The translations under genes and the position numbers were made by a program. From a virus (taxonomy: Duplodnaviria > Caudoviricetes): DNA of 52,063 bases. Positions 8,532-17,065 of this stretch are shown in pieces. The notes beneath the pieces are model-generated. The model was given only the letters and a program-made list of their open reading frames with translations. It searched no databases and was not told the DNA's origin. Each line of letters starts with the position of its first letter. The stretch's first letter is position 1. The stretch covers positions 1 through 52,063 of the IMG/VR virus record IMGVR_UViG_3300046812_000338; one strand, written 5' to 3'.

Positions 8532-9980
8532 ATGGGTCGCGTGACGTCTGCCCCAGGCCATGTAGTTACGATCGGTGATCGCGCCTCTTCGCCGCTGGCC
8601 GCCGCCTCGACCTCCAACGGCTTCCTCGTCGGTGTCTGCGAAAAAGGCCCGACCGATCGGCCGATCAAGGCGATCAGCCTGGCCGACGCCGTCGACTCGA
8701 TCGGCGAACGGGTAGCGACCAACCCCTACCTCTACGACGCCGTCGACTGCGCCTTCCGCGAGGGCGCCTCGGTCGTCTACATCGGCCGCGCCGTGGGCGC
8801 CGAATCCGCCACGGCGACCCACACCGCCGTCGACGCCGGCGGCAAAATCTCTTACCACGTCAACGCCAAGTCCCCCGGCGCCTGGGGCAACAACATCGAA
8901 GTCGCGATCACGCTCACCGCCGGCTCGGTCGTGCTGGTCGTCAAACTGAACGGCACGACCGTCGAGACGTCGCCGTCGCTGGGCACGAACGCCGAAGTGA
9001 TCGAATGGGGCAAATCCTCAGAATTCGTCACGATCACCGCCGGCGAAGCCGAAGCCCTCGACGCGAAAACCCAGGCCGTCAAACTCGAAAACGGCAAAGA
9101 CGACATCGCCGGCGTCGGCACCGGCCAGATCGAAGCGGCGCTGAACGTCTTGACCGCCGACCTCGGCCCCGGCCAGGTCGCCGCCCCGGGCTTCACTTCC
9201 GAAGCGATCCACAAAGCTCTGCTGGTCCACTGCTCTGCCAACAACCGGCGCGGCCTGCTCGACGACCCGATCGAATCGACCTCGGGCGAACTCGTCGGCC
9301 ACGCCACGGCGCTGCGCGGCCCCAACGCTCGCTTCGGCTGCCTGCTCGGGTCCTGGGCCTACGTGCCGGGGGTCAGCCTCGGCACCGAACGCAAAGTGCC
9401 CTACTCCGGGATTCAGATGGGCCTGATCGCCCGCGCCGAGGCCGAAGGCAACAACCCCAACCGCGCCGCCGCCGGCCCGCGCGGCAAGTCGCGCTACGCG
9501 ACCGGCCTGGTCAAACTCTTCACCGACGCCCAGCGCGGCGAACTCGACGCCGCCGGCGTGATCGCCTCGATCCTGGTCCGCGGCATCGTCACCACCTACG
9601 GCAACGTCACCCTCGTCAACCAGACGACCGAACCCAACTGGAAGTCCTTCTCGGCCTCCCGGCTGGTCATGGCCGTCGCCGCGAAGGCCGGCCAGATTCT
9701 GGAGTCCTACGACTTCGAGCAGATCGACGGCCACGGCTACGTCTTCAAGCAGCTGCAAGGCGACCTCTCGGGCGGGGCCTGCATGCCCTTCTACCTCGAA
9801 AACGCCCTCTACGGCACCGATCCCGCCGAAGCGTTCTTCGTCAACACCGGCCCCGACGTCAACACCCCGACCTCGATTTCCAACGAAGAAATCAAGGCCC
9901 AGATCGGGTTGCGCGTCAGCCCCACCGCGTCCTTCCTCGAAGTCGAGGTTGTCAAAGTGCCGACCACGGAAAGCCTGTAG
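8532..9980 (+). CDS. Tail sheath protein
   Basis: FLVGVCEKGPTDRPIK, AKSPGAWGN, VPYSG, and C-terminal VNTPTSISNEEIKAQIGLRVSPTASF sheath motifs. Confidence 0.9.
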   Translation: MGRVTSAPGHVVTIGDRASSPLAAASTSNGFLVGVCEKGPTDRPIKAISLADAVDSIGERVATNPYLYDAVDCAFREGASVVYIGRAVGAESATATHTAVDAGGKISYHVNAKSPGAWGNNIEVAITLTAGSVVLVVKLNGTTVETSPSLGTNAEVIEWGKSSEFVTITAGEAEALDAKTQAVKLENGKDDIAGVGTGQIEAALNVLTADLGPGQVAAPGFTSEAIHKALLVHCSANNRRGLLDDPIESTSGELVGHATALRGPNARFGCLLGSWAYVPGVSLGTERKVPYSGIQMGLIARAEAEGNNPNRAAAGPRGKSRYATGLVKLFTDAQRGELDAAGVIASILVRGIVTTYGNVTLVNQTTEPNWKSFSASRLVMAVAAKAGQILESYDFEQIDGHGYVFKQLQGDLSGGACMPFYLENALYGTDPAEAFFVNTGPDVNTPTSISNEEIKAQIGLRVSPTASFLEVEVVKVPTTESL

Positions 9981-9983
9981 GCC

Positions 9984-10391
9984 ATGCGTACCGACCAAGA
10001 GCGAATCAGCGTCCGCGTCGACGACATCGACTGCGGGGTATGGCAGACCTTCTCGGGCGGCGGCGTGACGGCCGAAGACACGAAGAACCGCCCCGGCGGG
10101 ATGGGTCCCGAGGAAAGCCTCGGCGGCCCGGTCAGCCGCGACGCCTTCTCGATCGCCCGGCTCTACCGCCTGGACCGCGATCACCCACTCTTCAAGCGCC
10201 TCGACGGCCTGGCCGGCTCCGGTCGCGTCGTCGCCACGCGCCAGAAACTGAATAAAGACCGCACCCCCAACGGGGACCCGATCACCTACACGGGTACCCT
10301 CATCAAAGTGACGCCTCCCGATCACGATTCCAACGCATCGGGCCGGGCGGAACTCACCCTCGAAGTCTCGGCCGACGAGCCGATCAGCTAG
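9984..10391 (+). CDS. Tail tube protein
   Basis: 135 aa directly after the sheath; beta-rich gp19-like pattern. Confidence 0.8.
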   Translation: MRTDQERISVRVDDIDCGVWQTFSGGGVTAEDTKNRPGGMGPEESLGGPVSRDAFSIARLYRLDRDHPLFKRLDGLAGSGRVVATRQKLNKDRTPNGDPITYTGTLIKVTPPDHDSNASGRAELTLEVSADEPIS

Positions 10392-10425
10392 GCCCGTCGG
10401 TTAATCCCGACGAAAGGACTAGCAA

Positions 10426-11130
10426 ATGCCAGACGCAGATCAGGGCCTCCAGGCTGACCCTCGCCTCGACCCCAACTCCCCGGAGTACGACGCCGAGTTC
10501 GCGGCCAACCAGCCGGGCAACGGCGTGGCCGACGACACAGCAGCCCTCCAGGACGCCGCAGCGCGCGTAGAGGGCGGCGAAGACGCCGAGCTAGGGGGGA
10601 AGACGGGCCATAGCGTCCTGACCCGCCTACGGCGCGCATACGCGGCCGGCGACAGCGAGCGCACCACGACCATCGCGATCGCGCCGGGTCGATACCAGGA
10701 CCTCGCGGCCAAGTACCGGCCCCTCGACACGGACCTGCGCCGAAAGCTCCAGCGCCGCGCCGAGCGCACCGGCGCCTTCGGCCAGGAGGCCAACCTCGAA
10801 TTCCAGGCGACCCTGCTCGCCGACGCCTGCCTTTCGATCATGATCCGGCCCGAGCCGGGCGCCGAGTGGGAGGAAGCCCACAAAGTGGCCGAGGTCGCCC
10901 CGCTCACCCAGGGCGAGGTCGTGCGCTTCGACCGTCACCTGGCGGCGATCCTCGGGATCGAGTTGGTCGGCGAAGAGACGCAGGCCCAGGTCGCGCGGCT
11001 GGTCTTCGGCGACGAGGCCGGCTTCGACGTCCACTACACGCAGTTCTCGACCTGGTCGACCCAGCTGGCGCCGGGTGAAGACGACGAAGACGAAGACGAC
11101 GAGGGTGAGGGCAGCAACCGCCCTACGTAA
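10426..11130 (+). CDS. Tail assembly chaperone
   Basis: Between tube and tape measure; acidic C-terminus ending NRPT. Confidence 0.7.
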   Translation: MPDADQGLQADPRLDPNSPEYDAEFAANQPGNGVADDTAALQDAAARVEGGEDAELGGKTGHSVLTRLRRAYAAGDSERTTTIAIAPGRYQDLAAKYRPLDTDLRRKLQRRAERTGAFGQEANLEFQATLLADACLSIMIRPEPGAEWEEAHKVAEVAPLTQGEVVRFDRHLAAILGIELVGEETQAQVARLVFGDEAGFDVHYTQFSTWSTQLAPGEDDEDEDDEGEGSNRPT

Positions 11131-11147
11131 GCCTCGACGACGAGCCG

Positions 11148-11333
11148 ATGATCCGCACGGCCGCGATGGTCGGTCGTGCGGGCTTCGGGTCGGAGTACCT
11201 GGCCGCCACCGACCACGACGACATCGCGATCTTGATGGCGATTGGGGAGGCCGGCCGCGTAGAACGCGAGCGCGAGGCCCGCGAAGCCGCCCACTTCATC
11301 GGCGAGGGCACGCGCAAAGTGCTGGGGGGGTGA
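11148..11333 (+). CDS. Tail assembly chaperone, downstream (probably frameshifted) segment
   Basis: -1 frame is open from 11109, overlapping the upstream stop. Confidence 0.55.
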   Translation: MIRTAAMVGRAGFGSEYLAATDHDDIAILMAIGEAGRVEREREAREAAHFIGEGTRKVLGG

Positions 11334-11334
11334 G

Positions 11335-13911
11335 ATGACCGACGCATCCCTGATCGCGCTGCGCATGCGGCTCACCGGCGGCAAAGAGGTCGTGGCCGAA
11401 ACCGACGCCGTCACCGCCTCCCAGCGGCGCCTTCGCGACGAGCAGGGCAAATTCGTCAAGGGGTCCCAGCAGTCCACGAAGGCGACCGAGAAGCAGGCCG
11501 CCGCCCAGGCGAAACTGGCGAAGACCGCGACCTCCCTGCGCACCGTCGGGAGCGCGATGACGAAGTACGTCTCTCTGCCGCTGGCCGCGATCGGCGTCGC
11601 CTCGGGCGTCATGGCGCTCGACTTCGACCGCTCGATGCGCAACGTCAACTCGATCGCCCAGCTGCCCGAAAAGCGCTTCATCAGCCTCAAAAAACAGGTC
11701 CTCGACCTGGCGGGGCCGACCGCCCAGGCGCCGAAGACGCTCGCCGAAGGGCTATACGACCTCGTCTCCAGCGGCTTCACGGCCGACGAATCCATCCGCA
11801 TCCTGCACAAATCGGCGCTCGCTGCCTCGGCCGGCCTGACCACGACCGAGGTGTCGACGAAAGCCGTCGCCGCCTCCCTGAACGCCTACCACCTGCCCGC
11901 CCAGAAGGCCGGCTGGGTGTCCGACACCCTCTTTGAAACCGTCAACCGCGGCGTCCTGACCTTCGACGAACTCGCCCGCTCGATCGGCGACGTGCTGCCC
12001 TTCGCCTCGCAGCTGAACGTGCCGCTCAATCAGGTCGGCGCGGCGCTGTCGACGATGACGAAGGAGGGCCTGTCCTCGGCCGAGGCGGTCACCCGCACCA
12101 AAAATGTGCTGGTCACCCTGATTAAACCGGGCAAAGCGCTCACCGAAACGCTGGAAGGGATGGGGGTCAGCGGCGAAGAACTGGTCAAAAAGAAAGGGCT
12201 GCAAGGCGCCCTCGAAGCGATCGTCGGCACGACCAAAGGCGGCAAGGCGGAAATCGCCGAACTGTTCCCCAACATCCGCGCCCTGGGCGGCGTCCTCGCG
12301 CTGGTCGGCAAGAACGCCGGCTTCGCTCAGAAGGACCTGGCCGCCTTCAAAGACACCACCGGCGCCACCAACAAGGTCCTGAACGAACAGGAAAAATCAT
12401 TCGGCTTCAAGCTGCAACGCAGCTGGGCAGAACTCCAGAAAGTGCTGATCGAATTGGGCGAAGACCTGCTGCCGATCGTCGTGCCCTTCGTCCTCGAACT
12501 CGCCCACGCCGGCGCCTCGGTGGTGCAGACCTTCGCCGACCTCCCCGGCCCGCTCCAGAAAACGGCGTTGGGCATCGCCACCCTCGCCGCCCTCGCCGGC
12601 CCGATGATCCTCTTCGCCTCCAGCACGATCAACGTCGCGAAAGCCCTCGGCCTGCTGTCGACGGTGTCGGGGGGCGGGCTGCTGTCGGGGCGTGGGAAAA
12701 CCATGAAAGGGCTGCTGGCGCGCGGGGCGGTCGGGATCGGCGGCACCCTCGCGGCCCAGAGCGCCGGCGGCGCGATCGGCGGGGACCTCGGCAACTGGGT
12801 CAGCAGCGCCGGCACGGGCGCGGCGACCGGCTTCGCCCTCGGCGGCCCGATGGGGGCGGCGGTCGGCGGGGCGGTCGGCGGCGTCGCGGCGGCCTACTCG
12901 AAAGTCTCGGGCGAGCTTAAGACGGTCAGCTTCGAGCAGCGGCGGCTGGCCGGCTCAAGCAAGGACGTCGTGAACTTCATGCACCGCCAGCGCTCGGCCT
13001 CGACGGGCCTGACCGTCGCCGAACACCGCGTGGCGGGCGCGCTCAAACGGCGCAAGACCGCGACCGACCAGCTGAAATCTGCCCAGCGCCACCTGTCGGC
13101 GGTCGTCAGCGAGTACGGGCCCCACTCGCGCGCCGCCATCCACGCCGAAGCCCGGCTCACCGGCCTGACCAACCAGCACCGCCAGGCGATCAAACGCCTC
13201 CAGAGCGCCGAACGGCTGCGCGGCGTCGCCCTGTCGGCCTACAAAACGGCCACCAACGTCACCGTCCTCGCCGAGCGCCACCGGATCACCGTCCTCACCG
13301 AACTGCGCGACCGGCAGGCCAAGCTCTACACGTCGTCTAAGCAGGCGAATCCGCAGTCAGAAAAGACGCGCAACCTGGCAAACAACCTGCTCGGCACCGA
13401 AAAGAACCTCTCGAAGGCGGTCCAGCAGCACTCCCAGACGCTCGGCGACGCGGCGGCCAAAGGTGGGCAGGCATACGCGAAGTTCCTCCAGCGCGCAAAC
13501 CAGGAATCGGTGCGCGCCGGCGGCTCGATGAAAGCCCTGAACCTGAAGGCCGAACGGCTGACCACGACCCTGAAGGGCCTGGCCGAACTCGAAGTCACCG
13601 TGCCCCACGTCGAAGCCCACGGCGGTCGACGTCACCCCGGCCACAACGCCGCGGGCACGAATTGGTGGCGCGGCGGGGAAACCTACCTGGCCGAGCGCGG
13701 CCCCGAGCTTGTCAACCTGCCCCGCGGCTCGCGCGTTCTCCCGGCCCCTGCGACCCGCAAGGCGCTGGGCGACCTACCAGCCGCGCGGATTGCTTCAGAG
13801 GCGGGAGGCGGCGGCCAGCGGCTCCTGGCACCCATCATCGTCAAGGTCGGCCGTAAAGTGCTGGCCGAAGTCCAGGCCGAAGTCGAGGCCGACGCAAAAG
13901 CGAGGCTCTGA
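11335..13911 (+). CDS. Tape measure protein (TP901-family core)
   Basis: 858 aa Ala/Gly-rich; FDRSMRNV, LAEGLYDLVSSG, TVNRGVLTFDELA and ERGPELV motifs. Confidence 0.92.
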   Translation: MTDASLIALRMRLTGGKEVVAETDAVTASQRRLRDEQGKFVKGSQQSTKATEKQAAAQAKLAKTATSLRTVGSAMTKYVSLPLAAIGVASGVMALDFDRSMRNVNSIAQLPEKRFISLKKQVLDLAGPTAQAPKTLAEGLYDLVSSGFTADESIRILHKSALAASAGLTTTEVSTKAVAASLNAYHLPAQKAGWVSDTLFETVNRGVLTFDELARSIGDVLPFASQLNVPLNQVGAALSTMTKEGLSSAEAVTRTKNVLVTLIKPGKALTETLEGMGVSGEELVKKKGLQGALEAIVGTTKGGKAEIAELFPNIRALGGVLALVGKNAGFAQKDLAAFKDTTGATNKVLNEQEKSFGFKLQRSWAELQKVLIELGEDLLPIVVPFVLELAHAGASVVQTFADLPGPLQKTALGIATLAALAGPMILFASSTINVAKALGLLSTVSGGGLLSGRGKTMKGLLARGAVGIGGTLAAQSAGGAIGGDLGNWVSSAGTGAATGFALGGPMGAAVGGAVGGVAAAYSKVSGELKTVSFEQRRLAGSSKDVVNFMHRQRSASTGLTVAEHRVAGALKRRKTATDQLKSAQRHLSAVVSEYGPHSRAAIHAEARLTGLTNQHRQAIKRLQSAERLRGVALSAYKTATNVTVLAERHRITVLTELRDRQAKLYTSSKQANPQSEKTRNLANNLLGTEKNLSKAVQQHSQTLGDAAAKGGQAYAKFLQRANQESVRAGGSMKALNLKAERLTTTLKGLAELEVTVPHVEAHGGRRHPGHNAAGTNWWRGGETYLAERGPELVNLPRGSRVLPAPATRKALGDLPAARIASEAGGGGQRLLAPIIVKVGRKVLAEVQAEVEADAKARL

Positions 13912-14612
13912 TGCAGCGAAACCCGAAGGCATATGTGCGGTTCCGCGGTCGCAACTTCGACTTCAGCTGCTACATGGGCAACGGGCGGGCGAAGATCACC
14001 GGCGGGGGGGCCGAATACGAAGCGCTGAAACGCCCGCTCTCAGATGCCGCGACCGTCTTCACCGGCAACGGCCTGCTGACGCTCGACGTGCCCGTCCTCT
14101 TCGACGGCTGGGGGCCGCCCGGCATCCGCTCTGACGTCGGCCCGCATATCGACCAGGTCCTCGCGCTCTGCTTCGGGGAAGGGCGCCTGCCGCCGCCGAA
14201 CTTCATCGCCTCGGGGCCGATCCCCGGCTCGGGCAAGCGCTTCCAGATGGCGCTGCCCGAAGACCTCGAAGACCCCAAACCGATCACCGGCGAAAACGGC
14301 ACCCGCTTCCGCCTGGCGCAGGTCTTGAAGCTGATCGAGTTCAACGACCCCGGCGCGATCGAGTGGAAGTCGGCGCCCGGCTCGGGCCACGCCGGCAAGA
14401 TGGCGATCGGGCCAGGGGTGCCGACGTCGATCGTCCTCGCCCAGGCGAAAACGCTGCTTCAGGTCGGGGCCGAGGTCTACGGGGACCCGGGCGCCGCAGC
14501 TGACATCGGTGCCCTGAACGGGATCGCCGACCTGCGCAAGAAACTGAAAGCCGGGACCAGGCTGAAGCTCCCCGCCGAGGTCACCAACCTCACCGGCGCC
14601 AGCGAGGTCTAG
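13911..14612 (+). CDS. Tube initiator/baseplate protein with C-terminal LysM-like domain
   Basis: TLLQVGAEVYGD...IGALNGIADLRKKLKAGTRLKLP; follows the tape measure. Confidence 0.78.
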   Translation: MQRNPKAYVRFRGRNFDFSCYMGNGRAKITGGGAEYEALKRPLSDAATVFTGNGLLTLDVPVLFDGWGPPGIRSDVGPHIDQVLALCFGEGRLPPPNFIASGPIPGSGKRFQMALPEDLEDPKPITGENGTRFRLAQVLKLIEFNDPGAIEWKSAPGSGHAGKMAIGPGVPTSIVLAQAKTLLQVGAEVYGDPGAAADIGALNGIADLRKKLKAGTRLKLPAEVTNLTGASEV

Positions 14613-14614
14613 CC

Positions 14615-16468
14615 GTGCCGAAAGCAGCCGTCGCGGCGCGCCAGCCGGTGAAGGTCGAACGGATCGTGCCCGGGGTCCATTCGGTGCAGGGGATCAACTC
14701 CAACATCGAGGACATCGTCTTGCGCGGGCAGCCGATGATCGCCCGCATCGGCCCCGTGATCGTCGAAGCCACCCTGGTCCGCAAAATCCTCGGCGCCTCA
14801 GAACTCACCCTGACGGTCCTCGACCCCGCTCCCCGTCGGCGGCTACTGCGCTCGGCTCTGCTCGAAGAAGCCCACGAAGTGGAAATCGACGGGTTGAAGT
14901 GGCGCCTGGTCAAGGTGTCGAGCGAAGGGCAGACCTCGCCCCTGGTCCTCACCTACGAGCCGCTGATCGTCTACCTGCTGAAGCGCCTGAAGGGGCCGAA
15001 CAAAGCCTTCCGCGACAACATGACGCGGGCCGAGTTCGCCGAGGCGAGGGCCTTTGAAGCCAGGCCCCGCCCGCGCTTCATCGCCCCCGAACTGCACGTC
15101 GTGCAGGCGATCGCGTCGTCGACGGCCGGCGAAGAAGCCCAGGAAGAAGCCGAAAAGACGCGCGGCAAGGGCGTCGGCCAACACGCCAACCTGAAGATCA
15201 ACAGCCACCCGGCGACCAAAGCCCAGGCCGACATCATCGACCGGATGCTGCGCCAGGCCGAGGCGATGAAAGCGAACACGAAGGTCATGGAATCGCTGGT
15301 CCTGGCGGTGATCGACGAGTCCAACGTCGGGACGCTGTCGTCGAATCTGCTGCAAGAGGAACCGTTCACCAACCCCAACGACAACAACGCCAGCCCCGAG
15401 GACTCTGCGAAGGGCTACCTGGAAGGCTGGAATGGCGGCGTGGGGGCGATCGAGTACAACCGCGCCCACCCAGGCGACTCACCGGCCCAGATCGCGACCA
15501 ACGTGCAGGCCAACGCCGCCGGCGCCGCGCCGTATGAACGCTTCAACGCCGAAGGGCACGACTGGGTGGTCGCCTACGGGGGCGGCGCCGAGGTCAAGAC
15601 CACCGACTTCAAGCGCTACGCCTTCCAACAGACGGCCAAAGAGTCGAATTGGCACTGCATGGTGCGCCTGGCGACCGAAGTGAAATGGCGCTGCTTTGAG
15701 TCGGCCAGCTGGATTTACTTCCTCGACGACCCGACCCTGCTGCGCAGCCACCGGCGGATGCAGGTTTCCGACATCGAGCCGGGGATCATCGACCTCACCT
15801 TCGACTACGACGTCGGCAAGGAAGTCACGGAAGTCACGGTCGAAGCGCTCGCGAAGGTCTGGGCCGCGCCGCCCGGCTCGATCGCCGCCGTCGATCGCTG
15901 CGGGCCTGCCGACGGCCTCTACCTGGTCGCCCAGATCGAATCCAAGCCCTCGTCGCGAAAGGGCCTCGTCAACGTCACCCTGCGCAAGGAAGTCACCCCG
16001 CTCCCCGAGCCGTCCCCGAAGGCATCGACGTCGACGACGTCCTTCGCCAGCGGCGCGAGCGGGGCACCGGCGGCCGTGCAGTCGATGATCGCGGCGATCG
16101 ACGCCTTCGACGCGGCCAAGACCAAATACCTCTGGGGCGGCGGGCACGGCGGGTCCTTCGCCTCCCCGACCGACCGCGTCGACTGCTCGGGCTTCTGGTC
16201 GGCGGTCCTCCACGCCGGCGGCTACCTGAACACGCCGCTGACCTCGGCGCCGCTCGGCGAAGCCCTGGAGCCGGGCGTCGGGGAATGGGTGACGATCTAC
16301 TCCGACGGTCAGCACGTCCTCGGCAAAATCAAATACCCCGATGGCAACTGGCGCTGGGCCGAGACGTCCTCGTCTAACCCCGAAGGCGGCCCGGGCTGGG
16401 TGCCCGACGCCGTCGGCGAAGAAGGCGCCCGCTCCCACCCCAACGCCTCCCACCCGAAGGGCCTGTAG
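14615..16468 (+). CDS. Baseplate hub with inserted transglycosylase-like domain and C-terminal NlpC/P60 peptidase
   Basis: Hub-like halves (QTAKESNWHCMVRLA); YLWGGGH...VDCSGFWSAVL...HV NlpC/P60 motif. Confidence 0.75.
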   Translation: MPKAAVAARQPVKVERIVPGVHSVQGINSNIEDIVLRGQPMIARIGPVIVEATLVRKILGASELTLTVLDPAPRRRLLRSALLEEAHEVEIDGLKWRLVKVSSEGQTSPLVLTYEPLIVYLLKRLKGPNKAFRDNMTRAEFAEARAFEARPRPRFIAPELHVVQAIASSTAGEEAQEEAEKTRGKGVGQHANLKINSHPATKAQADIIDRMLRQAEAMKANTKVMESLVLAVIDESNVGTLSSNLLQEEPFTNPNDNNASPEDSAKGYLEGWNGGVGAIEYNRAHPGDSPAQIATNVQANAAGAAPYERFNAEGHDWVVAYGGGAEVKTTDFKRYAFQQTAKESNWHCMVRLATEVKWRCFESASWIYFLDDPTLLRSHRRMQVSDIEPGIIDLTFDYDVGKEVTEVTVEALAKVWAAPPGSIAAVDRCGPADGLYLVAQIESKPSSRKGLVNVTLRKEVTPLPEPSPKASTSTTSFASGASGAPAAVQSMIAAIDAFDAAKTKYLWGGGHGGSFASPTDRVDCSGFWSAVLHAGGYLNTPLTSAPLGEALEPGVGEWVTIYSDGQHVLGKIKYPDGNWRWAETSSSNPEGGPGWVPDAVGEEGARSHPNASHPKGL

Positions 16469-17065
16469 ATGGCAACGCTCGCCGACTACGAACCGCCCGC
16501 AGGCTCGCCGGCCCAGCACGGCTTCGTCTCCACGCCGCCGGACAAAATCGGCGATCCGTTCACGGTCACGGTCCCCGACTTCGACGAACAGCACGTCTTC
16601 CAGATTCGCTACTGGCCCCTGCGCGGCGCCACGCTGCCGGCGGTGGGCGACGAAGTCCTGGTCATCAGCGACGACAAAGCCGAGCCGTGGGTCGCGGCGT
16701 GGTGGCCGGCGGCTGGCGACGACCCCGAGGGTGGGGGGCCTGACACGGTGACTATCTTCTCCCTTGTGGTTTCCTCGCAAACGCCGCTCGCCAAAGAAGC
16801 CCCCTGGGTAAGCGCCTGGGTGCCGGCGTCCTTCTGGGAGTCGCGGATCGTCGGCTCCCTCTTCGCCGACCAGAAAGGCGTCCTGCACATCGAGCAGAGC
16901 GCCGACGGCGTCAACGTCGACGTCGATACGAGCTACGAAATCGAAGCCAACGACGGCAAAGGCTTCAGCGAGTCGCGGGTCGCGAAATTCTGGCGGGTGC
17001 GCTTCGTCAACGGCGCGGTCGCCCAGGGCGTCTTCCGTATCGCGGCTGAAGTGAGGGGCGGCTAA
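16469..17065 (+). CDS. Putative baseplate spike-like protein (OB-fold N-terminus)
   Basis: VTVPDFD...LPAVGDEVLV motif typical of the gpV/gp5 OB fold; position after the hub. Confidence 0.6.
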   Translation: MATLADYEPPAGSPAQHGFVSTPPDKIGDPFTVTVPDFDEQHVFQIRYWPLRGATLPAVGDEVLVISDDKAEPWVAAWWPAAGDDPEGGGPDTVTIFSLVVSSQTPLAKEAPWVSAWVPASFWESRIVGSLFADQKGVLHIEQSADGVNVDVDTSYEIEANDGKGFSESRVAKFWRVRFVNGAVAQGVFRIAAEVRGG

